Of a stretch of DNA of 64,000 nt, positions 1 through 10,568 are shown in pieces; the stretch's first letter is position 1, and the number at the start of each line of letters is the position of its first letter. The translations under genes and the position numbers were made by a program. This DNA comes from Myxococcales bacterium (lineage in GTDB: Bacteria > Myxococcota_A > UBA9042): NCBI GenBank assembly GCA_037441385.1, contig JBBISH010000005.1, forward strand, positions 45,392-109,391. The letters run 5' to 3'. The notes under the pieces are model-generated. The model was not told where the DNA came from and made no database searches. It worked only from the letters and a program-made list of their open reading frames with translations.

Positions 1-2
1 TT

Positions 3-689
3 TGTGCCATCAAATCCAGTCCGCGGCCGGCCTCGCTGGACCCGCGCGAGCCCCAGCAGGCCGCCGAGCAAGTCGCGCTGATGGGGCTGGACTACGTTGT
101 GCTGACCAGCGTGAACCGCGACGACCTGCCCGATGGGGGCGCCGAGCATTTTGCCCAGACCGTGCGCGCCATTGCGGCCCGTTCGCCGGCGACGCTCATC
201 GAAGTGCTCACCCCCGACTTTGAAGGCCACCTGGACGACGTCGCGACCGTGGTTCGCGCTGGGCCCCATGTGTTCGCCCACAATGTCGAGGTCGTACAGG
301 AACTGCAGGGGCTCATCCGCGACCGCCGCGCCACTTGGCGGCAGAGCCTGGCTGTGCTGGCGCACGCCAAGCAGGTTCGCCCGGACGTGGTGACCAAGAC
401 CTCGATCATGTTGGGGATTGGCGAGGAAGCCGAGCAAGTGGAGGCGGCCCTGGTCGCGCTGCGCGCGCACGCGGTCGACGCCGTGACCTTTGGCCAGTAC
501 TTGCGGCCAAGTCCGTGGCACGCCGAGGTGCGCCGCTTTGTCGAGCCCAGCGAGTTTGATCACTGGCGGCAGCGGGCGAGCGACCTTGGCTTTGCCTATT
601 GCGCCTCGGGGCCCCTGGTGCGGTCGAGCTATCGCGCGGGCGAGCACTACTTGCGTTCGGTGGTCGCTCAACGGGCTGACGGCGACTAG
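3..689 (+). CDS. lipA: Lipoyl synthase (5'-truncated by window edge)
   Basis: Frame is open from the window start (..CAIKSSPRP..). Motifs YVVLTSVNRDDLPDGGA, HNVE, TKTSIMLGIGE, GQYLRPS and SGPLVRSSYRA are present. Confidence 0.95.
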   Translation, partial: CAIKSSPRPASLDPREPQQAAEQVALMGLDYVVLTSVNRDDLPDGGAEHFAQTVRAIAARSPATLIEVLTPDFEGHLDDVATVVRAGPHVFAHNVEVVQELQGLIRDRRATWRQSLAVLAHAKQVRPDVVTKTSIMLGIGEEAEQVEAALVALRAHAVDAVTFGQYLRPSPWHAEVRRFVEPSEFDHWRQRASDLGFAYCASGPLVRSSYRAGEHYLRSVVAQRADGD

Positions 690-745
690 CGCACCGATCA
701 GAAACCCGAACCTGCGGACCAACGTCGCGGCGGGTCGCGCTGGCG

Positions 746-789
746 CCCGCTTGCGACCCACTGAGCATCAACGAGTTTTCGCAAGCGGG
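746..789. repeat. Intergenic inverted repeat between convergent genes (possible terminator or REP-like)
   Basis: CCCGCTTGCGA (746-756) pairs with TCGCAAGCGGG (779-789). Confidence 0.45.
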
Positions 790-838
790 TCGCTCCGTTG
801 CTCTGAACCTTAAGAATTTGTGGTTGCTGTTCTAACAG

Positions 839-1543
839 CTATAGAAGCCGAATTTCTTTGACCTCTGGGTCCGGCTGCAGGCATTCGGGCCCTTCGTGCC
901 GCGCGTCATTGACGTAGCGCGCCAGCCGGGTCGACTCAAAGAAGTCTGGCAACGGGCGCAGAAATTCCTGGAGATCACTGGCCGCCAGCGGCCCGGACTG
1001 CAGCCAGCGCGACCACGCTTGCTCCGGTAACACCACCGGCATGCGATCGTGAATTTGCGCAATCGGCTCGGCCGCGGCGCAGGTCAGCAGGCACGTGGTC
1101 CAAAGCGGCGGCGGCGGCTCCGCGTGCTCGCCCGGCGGCGTCCAGCGCTCGTACAAGGCCGCGACGGCAAAAGGCTCGCCAGTAGGTCGTCGAAAGTAAT
1201 AGGGAACTTTGACCCGACCCTCGGTCGCCCACTCGAAGAAACCGTCCATCAGCAGCAGGCCCCGGCGGCGCTGCAAGGCCTCGCGAAAGGCCGGCTTCTC
1301 GGCCGCCGTCTCCGAGCGACCATTGGCCAACCGTGCGCCGATGCTGGGGTCTTTCGCCCAGCGCGGCACCAGACCCCACTGCATCACGGCGGCGCGGCGC
1401 GGCCCCGGCACACTGGGCACCACCAGCACCGGCGATTGCGGCGCCACGTTGAAGCGATCGCCCAGGTCGGCCGGCAGCTCGGACAACTCGAATGCGCGCG
1501 CCAGCTCCTCGGGAGAGGTCTTTTGGGTAAAGCGACCACACAT
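839..1543 (-). CDS. SOS response-associated peptidase (SRAP/YedK/HMCES family), abasic-site protection
   Basis: N-terminal MCGRF with catalytic Cys2; RFNVAP, WGLVPRW, DGFFEW and IHDRMPV. Confidence 0.93.
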   Translation of the reverse strand: MCGRFTQKTSPEELARAFELSELPADLGDRFNVAPQSPVLVVPSVPGPRRAAVMQWGLVPRWAKDPSIGARLANGRSETAAEKPAFREALQRRRGLLLMDGFFEWATEGRVKVPYYFRRPTGEPFAVAALYERWTPPGEHAEPPPPLWTTCLLTCAAAEPIAQIHDRMPVVLPEQAWSRWLQSGPLAASDLQEFLRPLPDFFESTRLARYVNDARHEGPECLQPDPEVKEIRLL

Positions 1544-2290
1544 CTAGGCGTGCCCGTCGTGGTTTCGGTTCACGACCCGCCACGCGCCACTCTCAAGGCG
1601 CTGGTGCGGCAAGTAGCCGGCCTTGTAGCGCATGGCCCGGCTCTCATCGATCACAAAGCCCAGGTACAGGTAGGGCAAGTGCCACTGGCGGCACAACTCA
1701 AGATGGACCATCACGGAGAACACGCCGATCGAGAGGCCAGGCACATCGGGCTGGTAGTGGCAATAGACGGCGGACAGCGCGTCGTCGGCACGGTCAAAGA
1801 TGGCCACACCGACCAGCTGTTCACCCAAGTAGTAGCTGAGCTCCCAGGTGTCGGCGCACGACTCGACCAAGAAGGAGGAGTACTCCAGCTCGCCGATCGG
1901 GTCATCGCCGTGGTCCAGTCCGCGCAGACTGCGGTGGCGGTTGTACAAAGCAACCCGTTCGGCGTCGGCCTGGGGGCGCTGCAGCACCACCCGCAACCGG
2001 TTGCGGCCACTGCGAAAAGCCCGCATTTGGGCGCTGCTCGGCTCGAACTTGGCCACCTCGATGCGGATCGGCGTGCAAGCGCGGCAATCTTGGCAGGCCG
2101 GCCGATACAACAGCACGCCCTGCCGGCGATCGCCTTGGGCCAGGAGTTCGGCAAACTCGGCCGAGGCTACCCGCCGCACGGGCAGGCGCATGGGAAGGGT
2201 CGCCTCGCGGCCCGGCAAGTAAGGGCACGGATGGGGCGAAGCGTCGACCACCACTTGGGGCGGGCCGTCAAATGGGGTGCCAATGTCCAC
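1544..2290 (-). CDS. Bacterial ATE-family aminoacyl-tRNA--protein transferase (Bpt-like, Asp/Glu leucyltransferase)
   Basis: HPCPYLPG, LYRPACQDCRACTPIRI, LSAVYCHY and YLYLGF..MRYK. Start taken at GTG 2290, directly after the kinase stop. Confidence 0.88.
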   Translation of the reverse strand: MDIGTPFDGPPQVVVDASPHPCPYLPGREATLPMRLPVRRVASAEFAELLAQGDRRQGVLLYRPACQDCRACTPIRIEVAKFEPSSAQMRAFRSGRNRLRVVLQRPQADAERVALYNRHRSLRGLDHGDDPIGELEYSSFLVESCADTWELSYYLGEQLVGVAIFDRADDALSAVYCHYQPDVPGLSIGVFSVMVHLELCRQWHLPYLYLGFVIDESRAMRYKAGYLPHQRLESGAWRVVNRNHDGHA

Positions 2291-2294
2291 GCGG

Positions 2295-3731
<1,437 letters not shown>

Positions 3732-3758
3732 GCGCTCCCTCGCGTGGACGGGCTTATG

Positions 3759-4628
3759 TTACGAGGTTCTGTGGTCCTTGCCCAGGGCGGCCGCCGTCAA
3801 AGTGCGCGGGGTATGGTCTTGCAGACCCATCGCGAGGGCCGCCCATTGGGCATTGTCGAGCTCCTCGGCCCGCGCAGTGGGGCTGAGGCCAAGCGAATGC
3901 AACCCGTCGCGCACCGGCGCCGCCGGCCAGCCTGCCGTGGTCAAAGCGTTGACCAGGGTCTTGCGCCGCAGGGCAAAGCCGTCGCCAATGAGTTGCGACG
4001 CGATGGACCACTCTGGCAGGGGCCATGGGCTCGGCCGCGGCCGCAGGACCACCACCGCGCTGTCCACGTTGGGCGGGGGCTGGAACGCGCCGCGACCGAC
4101 CCGAAACGCCAGCTCGACCTCGGCGCGCAGTTGCAGTTTGACCGAGACTTGACCGCGATCGCCTCCGCGCGGCCCGGCCGCCATGCGCTCGGCCACCTCG
4201 CGCTGCACCATGACCACCACTCGCTCGGGCTGCCGCGGGCTGTCGAGCAGGGCAAACACGATCGGCATGGCCGCGTAGTAGGGCAAGTTGCCGACCACGC
4301 TGGGTTGTGCGCCCAACTTGCCCAGCAACCCAGGCCAATCGACCGCCGCCGCATCGCCCATGTGCAGGGCAAACCGATCGCCAAAGCGCTGACGCAGCAC
4401 TTCGGGCGTGCGCTGATCCACCTCGATGAGCAGCAGCGGGGGCGGCGGCTGGCGGCGATCCATGGCCGCAATCAGGTGTTCCGTCAGGTTGCCCGTACCG
4501 GGTCCGATCTCGACCACGCCGGTCGTGGCCGCGGTCATCGCCAAGTCGGCAATGCGCGCCAGCACGCGCTGATCGTGCAGGAAGTGCTGACCCAGGGACT
4601 TCTTGGGCGCGAGCGCCGGGTGGACCAT
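3759..4628 (-). CDS. rsmA: 16S rRNA m6,2A dimethyltransferase
   Basis: PKKSLGQHFL, VEIGPGTG, VGNLPYY, MVQREVAER and FQPPPNVDSAVV. Start at MVHPAL. Confidence 0.95.
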   Translation of the reverse strand: MVHPALAPKKSLGQHFLHDQRVLARIADLAMTAATTGVVEIGPGTGNLTEHLIAAMDRRQPPPPLLLIEVDQRTPEVLRQRFGDRFALHMGDAAAVDWPGLLGKLGAQPSVVGNLPYYAAMPIVFALLDSPRQPERVVVMVQREVAERMAAGPRGGDRGQVSVKLQLRAEVELAFRVGRGAFQPPPNVDSAVVVLRPRPSPWPLPEWSIASQLIGDGFALRRKTLVNALTTAGWPAAPVRDGLHSLGLSPTARAEELDNAQWAALAMGLQDHTPRTLTAAALGKDHRTS

Positions 4629-4683
4629 GCGGGCCTCGTTCTTGCTGGCCTGGGACCGTCGGGCGCGATCCGCTGGACCACGT

Positions 4684-5787
4684 TCAGGCGGCGCCGGCGG
4701 CCAATCGGCGCACTTCGCCTGTGGCCAGGGCGTCGAGTTTGCGCGGATCGTCGCGCAAACCCAACTGCAGCAGGGACTCGCCCAACCCGGCGACCATCGC
4801 CCCGTTGTCTGTGCAATAGGCCGGGGGGACGGGCCAAAATCGCACGCGCTGGCGTTGGCACGCCGCCGCGAGCGCCTGTCGCAACGCCGAATTGGCCGCG
4901 ACGCCGCCCGCAAGCACCAGATCGCGCAGGCCATGCCGTTGGGTATTGGCCAACGTGACTCGCACCAGCTGCTCTAGGATGGCCGCCTGGAACGCCGCGC
5001 ACAGGTCGCGGGTCGCTTGCTCGCGCTCGGGCGCCGGCAGCCCGGCCGGTAGCTCGGCCAGGGCCAGGCGTGCCGCGGTCTTGAGACCCGAAAACGAGTA
5101 GGCCCCGTCGTCGCGCCCGAGCATGCCGCGAGGCAAACGGAAACGCGCCGGATTTCCCAACGCGGCCGCACGCTCGACGTTTGGACCGCCCGGATAGGGG
5201 ATGTCCAGGAGTTTGGCCAGTTTGTCGAAGGCCTCGCCGGCAGCGTCATCCAGGCTGCGTCCCAGCAGCTCGAATCGGTCGGGGCCACGCACGGCGTAGA
5301 GGCTGGTATGGCCGCCCGAAACCGCCAGCGCCGCGAAGGGCAGCCGCGGCACCGGCCAGCGGTCGGTCGTGTCCAGTGGAGGTCGCAGAAAAGTGGCCCA
5401 AACATGGGCATGGATGTGGTCCACGCCGATCAGCGGCTTGTTCCAGGTCCAAGCCAGCGCCTTGGCCGTTTGGACGCCCACCAGCAGCGCCCCGATTAGC
5501 CCGGGGCGGTTGGTCACGGCGATGCCGGTGAGTTGCTGGGGCTGCAGCGCGGCGTCGGTCAGCACGGCTTGGATCGTCGGCAGCACGGTCAGCAGGTGAT
5601 TGCGGGCCGCGACTTCGGGCACCACCCCGCCAAACCGCTGATGGATGGGCACCTGGCTCGCCACCCGGTGGGCCAACACCACGCCACCGTGAACCACGGC
5701 TGCGGCCGTCTCGTCGCACGACGTCTCGAGCCCAAGGACCGGGCCAAGCGTGAAACCAACGGAAATAGCAGAAGTGTCGGCTGCCAA
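4684..5787 (-). CDS. tsaD: tRNA N6-threonylcarbamoyltransferase (start approximate)
   Basis: LGLETSCDETAAAV, GGVVPEVAARNH, SGGHT, DDAAGEAFDK, FSGLKTA and CTDNGAMVA. Confidence 0.95.
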   Translation of the reverse strand: MAADTSAISVGFTLGPVLGLETSCDETAAAVVHGGVVLAHRVASQVPIHQRFGGVVPEVAARNHLLTVLPTIQAVLTDAALQPQQLTGIAVTNRPGLIGALLVGVQTAKALAWTWNKPLIGVDHIHAHVWATFLRPPLDTTDRWPVPRLPFAALAVSGGHTSLYAVRGPDRFELLGRSLDDAAGEAFDKLAKLLDIPYPGGPNVERAAALGNPARFRLPRGMLGRDDGAYSFSGLKTAARLALAELPAGLPAPEREQATRDLCAAFQAAILEQLVRVTLANTQRHGLRDLVLAGGVAANSALRQALAAACQRQRVRFWPVPPAYCTDNGAMVAGLGESLLQLGLRDDPRKLDALATGEVRRLAAGAA

Positions 5788-5816
5788 AGTCGCCCCAGAG
5801 ATCGGCGAAGTCGCCG

Positions 5817-7958
5817 CTACAGGCCGGCGGCCGGACCGGCGGCGGTCGGCGGCGCACCAAAGACGTGGTGATAGAGGCGGCGGGCGCGGTCGCGGTGCTG
5901 GGCGTCGCTGCGCGTCAGGTACGACGAGAGTTCGCGCTGACTGGCCACAAAGTCCTTGGCCTCGATGTCGAGCACGGCCAGGTGCAGCAGAGTCTCGGCC
6001 GGAGCCTGGGGCTCGCCGGCCAGTTCGCGCAGTTGGGTGCGCGCGCGGTCGCTGTGGCCGTTGTCGATGAGCTCGATCGCTGCGTGATAGCGCTGCAGCT
6101 GCGGCGAAGTGCTCTGGCTCGAGCTGTGCGGAATCACCAACCACACGACAACCGAGAGCGCGAGCACGGCTGCCACCACCCACGGCCAATTCTTGGGCTT
6201 GAGGAGAGGATTTTGCTTGGGCGCTGGCGGCTCGGGCGTCTCTTCGTCCAACTGTGCCGTGGGAATCCACGCATAGGGTCGCTCGCTGCCGCGCAGGTCG
6301 CCGGGACCCGGCTGGGCACTCGAGATCCTTGCGCCCGCCGCCGGGCCTGCCACCAGGCGGTCGCCATCCATGTTTCGGTCGACGACGCGCACACTGGAGT
6401 GGGCGCGGCGCCCATCCATGGTCGGGGGTACCTCGGCTTCGTTGGCCTCGCCCGAGGCGACGCCGAACCAACCCGTCACCGGACCTGGTTTGCGCGCGCT
6501 GGCCGTTGCCAAGAGCGACGAGGCTGGGCGGCTGCGCAGCACCGTCTCGGGCTGGATTCCCCGTACCGTGGTGGCGTCTTGCGAGAAGTCGCCCGAGGCG
6601 TGCCGCCGACCTGGCAGCGAGTCGGGGATCCGGTCGCCTTGGGGTGCCGGCGTGTATTGCGGAGTGACGGGCTTGTAGTTGGGCGTGGCGAACGCCGCGG
6701 TCGGGTCGGCCGGTACCGGGGCAGCCGTCGTTCCGTGCGGCGCCGTTGTGCGGACGGCGCTTCCAGGAGCGGCCGCGGGGCCCGGCAGATCCGGCACCGC
6801 GGATTCGGCGGCGGTGGGGGGCACCGGGTCGGTCACGCGGTACAAGTTGGTGCTGGGGTGCGAGTGCTTGCGTTCAGGGAGCTGCGCCCCTTGAATCATC
6901 GCGGTTTGCGCGGTCTCGAACCCGCCGGACGCCCCCGGCCGCCGCATGCCGGCCAGCAAGCTGGTAGGGGGGGCGACTTCTGGCGCCGCCGCGACCTTGG
7001 AGGCGGGTTCGACCAGCGGCACCACGGCGCCGCGCTTGATGCGTGCCTCTAGGGCTGCAAAGGCCTCGAGTTCGTCGTCGCCCTCGCCGGCGATCGCGTC
7101 GCCCAGAGTCAGACCCGTGGCGATGCGGCGAAACAGTGCTTCGGCCACCACCGGCAGGGGGCGGACCCGCTCCCATCGCACCGTGCAGACGCTGTCCAAG
7201 TACGGGAGGTTCAGGCGGGCTTCGTCGACGCGGCGTGCGTACTCTTGCGCCACCGCGAGCAAGGCGAGCGAAGAGCCGGCGAGGCTGGGTTGGCCGCCCC
7301 AGGCGGTCGCGTCCAGCGCAAAGCTGCCGTGCTTCCAGGTCGCGATCCGTTCAAGGGCGTGGCGGCCGGCGGCATCGTCGACCTCGGCGTGGACCAGCAC
7401 ACCTTCGACCAGCGCGACCATGCCCTGACGATCGCCCGAGGACAAGTGGATGGTGGCGGTGCGCCCGGCGCCGGGGCGCGGGATGCGATCGATCAGCCCG
7501 CCCAACAGGTCTAGAAGATTCTCGTTTTGCAGATCGCCGGTGCGCAGCTCGCGCGACACGGACGAGGGACGCTCGGCGGCGGCAGACACCAGATCAACAA
7601 GATCTTCGGCGGTTACTGGGCGTACCGCGACGCCAGCCCAGCCGTTGCTGTCGATGTACTTGGCTGCCGTATCCCGCTGACTGCGCAGCACCACCGCGAC
7701 AAAGGCCGGGGCCGGCGGCACGCTCTGCAGCGACTCCCATAGCCCAACCGCCTGAGATAGCTCACGAAACGCGGCAACCACCACGACGGCGTGGGTAGCC
7801 TGCCCGTGCAATTCGGCGATCTGTTGCACCGCCGCCGCGGCATCGCGCACAGCATGGGCCGGCGCGCCCGCCTGGACCAAATCCAACGCGAGCATCCCCG
7901 CTTCGATAGGATCATCAGCAACGACGATAACTTGCAGATTGGATGGAAGCGGCGACAT
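5817..7958 (-). CDS. Pseudo-receiver + DUF4388-like domain, Pro/Ala-rich linker, single TM and C-terminal TPR-like region
   Basis: Receiver-like N-terminus (VIVVADDP..VRPV); GDLQNENLLDLL..G.LVHAE..ALERIATWKHGSF is DUF4388-like; TM WPWVVAAVLALSVVVWLVI; helical TPR-like tail. Confidence 0.65.
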   Translation of the reverse strand: MSPLPSNLQVIVVADDPIEAGMLALDLVQAGAPAHAVRDAAAAVQQIAELHGQATHAVVVVAAFRELSQAVGLWESLQSVPPAPAFVAVVLRSQRDTAAKYIDSNGWAGVAVRPVTAEDLVDLVSAAAERPSSVSRELRTGDLQNENLLDLLGGLIDRIPRPGAGRTATIHLSSGDRQGMVALVEGVLVHAEVDDAAGRHALERIATWKHGSFALDATAWGGQPSLAGSSLALLAVAQEYARRVDEARLNLPYLDSVCTVRWERVRPLPVVAEALFRRIATGLTLGDAIAGEGDDELEAFAALEARIKRGAVVPLVEPASKVAAAPEVAPPTSLLAGMRRPGASGGFETAQTAMIQGAQLPERKHSHPSTNLYRVTDPVPPTAAESAVPDLPGPAAAPGSAVRTTAPHGTTAAPVPADPTAAFATPNYKPVTPQYTPAPQGDRIPDSLPGRRHASGDFSQDATTVRGIQPETVLRSRPASSLLATASARKPGPVTGWFGVASGEANEAEVPPTMDGRRAHSSVRVVDRNMDGDRLVAGPAAGARISSAQPGPGDLRGSERPYAWIPTAQLDEETPEPPAPKQNPLLKPKNWPWVVAAVLALSVVVWLVIPHSSSQSTSPQLQRYHAAIELIDNGHSDRARTQLRELAGEPQAPAETLLHLAVLDIEAKDFVASQRELSSYLTRSDAQHRDRARRLYHHVFGAPPTAAGPAAGL

Positions 7959-8019
7959 CGCACCCGGACGGAGTTCCACACTCCGGGCGCGGATCATGCC
8001 CGAATTTGCAGCCCGGTGC

Positions 8020-8066
8020 AAAAACACCAAAACCGCGAGCGCAGCTAGGGCAACTCGCGGTTTGGT
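8020..8066 (-). terminator. Probable intrinsic terminator after atpE
   Basis: On the minus strand an AAACCGCGAG...CTCGCGGTTT stem is followed by a T-rich run. A second hairpin lies at 8081-8123. Confidence 0.55.
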
Positions 8067-8137
8067 TTGGACGAAGCGCCGTCGAACCTAGATTCCGGCA
8101 ACTGGGAGCCGGTCTGGTTCGACGCGGACCGCTTTGC

Positions 8138-8485
8138 TTACTTGACCAGCGTGTCGATCTTGCCCGACAGGATGAACGCGATCACCAGCGAGTAGATGAC
8201 CAGCGATTCGATCAGCGCGAGCGAGAGGAGCAAGGGAGTGAACAGTTCCTTGCTGGCGGCGGGGTTGCGGCCGATGCCCTCGAGAGCGGCGGCGGCAGCC
8301 TTGCCCTGACCCAGCGCGCCACCGATGGCGGCGAGGCCCAGGCCCAGACCAGCCGACAGCGCCAAAGCGGCGGCGACAGTCTCTTTGTTGTCGGCAGCGC
8401 CGCCATCAGCAAAGGCGGTGCTGGCGAACAGCAGCATGGTGGCGACGAACGTCAGGGCGGCCGTCAGATTGCGCTTGAACATCAT
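8138..8485 (-). CDS. atpE: ATP synthase Fo subunit c with N-terminal extension
   Basis: GLGLGLAAIGGALGQG..GIGRNP..ALIESLVIYSL; GGAGG RBS before MMFKR. Confidence 0.95.
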   Translation of the reverse strand: MMFKRNLTAALTFVATMLLFASTAFADGGAADNKETVAAALALSAGLGLGLAAIGGALGQGKAAAAALEGIGRNPAASKELFTPLLLSLALIESLVIYSLVIAFILSGKIDTLVK

Positions 8486-8555
8486 CAGAATCCTCCAGAT
8501 ACGGACGGCCGCAGCCGTCGCAGGGGTAGCCAGGCAGAGCCCTTCTGCCGTGCGT

Positions 8556-9596
8556 TTAGTGGTGGGAATGACCCTCACCGTGATCGTGACCATGGTCGTC
8601 GTGGACCGCGACGGCCATCGACAGGTACACCGTCGTCAGCAGCGTGAACACCACGGTCTGCACGACGACCACCACCATACCCAGCGCCATCACGGGCAAC
8701 GGCACCAGGGGCAGGTGGAAGTTCAAGAAATTCTCCATGACCTTGTGGTCGCCGTACATGTTGCCCAGCAGACGCAGCGACAGCGACATGGGGCGCACAC
8801 AGTGCGACACGATCTCGATGATGACCATGAGCGGCGCCAGGAAGATCACCGGGCCGGCGAAGTGCTTGGCGTAGTTGACCACGCCCTGCACCCGGATGCC
8901 CGAGATGTGGGTGGCGAAGAACACCGTCAAGCCCATGACGATATTGGTGTTCAGGTTGTCCGTGGCCGGGTCACCCAGCGGCAGCAAGGCTAGGGCGTTC
9001 ATGGTGAAGATGTAGAGCGCCAGGGTCGCCACCAGCGGGAAGTGCCGGCGGGCTTCCACTTCGCCCATCATACCTTTCATCATGTTCCAGACGGCGCCGA
9101 TGACGTACTCGAAGAACAGCGTCATGCCGATCTTGCGCTCGGGCAGCACGCCGACGTCGGGGTTGGCATTGAGCCGGCCGCGCACGGCAAACGCGCCGCC
9201 CAGCAGGATCAGCACGGCGATGAAGGCGAAGAACACGTGGGTGACGTGGCCGTCGGTCGAGAAGGGCTGGCCGTCGATGAGCGTCTTTTCGAAGGCCGTG
9301 CCACGCAGGGCGTCTTCGATCTTGCCGCGCAGGGCCACAGTGCCGTCGTGCTCGGCGTTCTTGCCCAGGATCAGCGAGAGCACCGTAAAGGGCTCGGGGT
9401 GAGCGTGGCGGTGCTCGCCGTGGCCCGCCTGGTGGCCGCCTTGCTCGCCCGCTGCGTGCTCGGTGGCGGGGGCGCCATGCTCGGGCGCTTGTTCTGCGAC
9501 CGCGAGTCCGCTGCCGAGCATCAGCGCGGTGGCCAGCAAGGGCGCGAGCCAGCGGCGCAGGCCAAAGAAGGTGCTAGTATTGAGCCGTTGCGTCAT
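8556..9596 (-). CDS. atpB: ATP synthase Fo subunit a (start 9596 or 9611)
   Basis: PATDNLN and IEIVSHCVRPMSLSLRLLGNM with the essential Arg; QTVVFTLLTTVY. Confidence 0.95.
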   Translation of the reverse strand: MTQRLNTSTFFGLRRWLAPLLATALMLGSGLAVAEQAPEHGAPATEHAAGEQGGHQAGHGEHRHAHPEPFTVLSLILGKNAEHDGTVALRGKIEDALRGTAFEKTLIDGQPFSTDGHVTHVFFAFIAVLILLGGAFAVRGRLNANPDVGVLPERKIGMTLFFEYVIGAVWNMMKGMMGEVEARRHFPLVATLALYIFTMNALALLPLGDPATDNLNTNIVMGLTVFFATHISGIRVQGVVNYAKHFAGPVIFLAPLMVIIEIVSHCVRPMSLSLRLLGNMYGDHKVMENFLNFHLPLVPLPVMALGMVVVVVQTVVFTLLTTVYLSMAVAVHDDHGHDHGEGHSHH

Positions 9597-9615
9597 GGAT
9601 GGCATCCCCAATCGC

Positions 9616-10005
9616 TCAAGGCTGCGAGGGCGGCGTAGCGCCCGGCGTGCGGGTTTGAAGGGTGGCGGCCAGGAGCAAGCCCAGCGGCGCCCCCGAGAAT
9701 CCGACCAAGAAGCCGATGAGCGGCATGGGCACCAGGTAGATCGTCAAGCCCACCACTGCGCACAGCGCCGCGAGCTTGACAGCCAGCAGCAAAACCGCGC
9801 GGTTGCGAGCGCTGGGATCCCCTTCGACCAGGCGCTTGGCCACCCACGTCAACACCAGGATGTTCGCCGCACCGATCAGCGCACCCACCGCGATCGCCAG
9901 CGTCCAGCGCGGACCGCCCAACCAGCCGCCCAGCGACGCAAACAGCAGCGACGCCAGGACATGCTGGCGCAGTGTTGCGGGGAGGATGGTCTGCAGGTCG
10001 GGCAT
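9616..10005 (-). CDS. atpI: ATP synthase protein I (four TM segments)
   Basis: Hydrophobic 129-aa protein directly upstream of atpB; AtpI-like G...G..N and LIGFLVG pattern. Confidence 0.75.
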   Translation of the reverse strand: MPDLQTILPATLRQHVLASLLFASLGGWLGGPRWTLAIAVGALIGAANILVLTWVAKRLVEGDPSARNRAVLLLAVKLAALCAVVGLTIYLVPMPLIGFLVGFSGAPLGLLLAATLQTRTPGATPPSQP

Positions 10006-10568
10006 GGGACTCGCGGGCTTGGGGTGGATGATCGCGGGCCGACCGCTGCGCTGGGCCTGGGCGGCGGCGGTGTTGATCGACGATGACCAGAATAAGTGTA
10101 GAGGTCTTGCGTAGTTGCGTGGTCAGGTGATCAGCCGAGACACCCTTTGACGCCGCCAATCCGGCCGGAAACTTGCGGCGTCGTCACAACCCAGTCACCG
10201 GGTTTTGGCTGTTCAACTCCACAGAACTGCGCTTATTTTTCCTTGGCTGCCGGGGCAAACCCAGCTGCGCGCGGCCGGCTTCGTACCATGCAGACGCGGT
10301 GCGGTCAAGGTGCCGCGCCCGCCCCGATCCGCCGCCTTGGGCGCAACTCGGCGTTGCTGCGTTGCTACTCTTCATGCGGCGACTGCTAGGTCGCCTCAGT
10401 CGCTCCGCTTCTTGCGCCCTGATTTGCATCTCAAATCGGCGGCCGGGGCGAATTTCGGTGGTGGATCCTGGCCCGAGCGTTGAATCGCGGCGGCCGAAAA
10501 TGCGTATACTTGCGGTGCGCCAACTCGATGGAACCGGACCGCGAGCATCGGCGCCTTTGGAGGATCGG

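Noticed and set aside
8138..10005. Missing atpF and F1 genes as an anomaly
   Set aside because: A split atp operon is normal in deltaproteobacterial lineages.
10006..10568. Possible atpZ gene or structured RNA in the 560-bp divergent gap
   Set aside because: No hydrophobic AtpZ-like ORF or recognisable RNA motif was found by eye.
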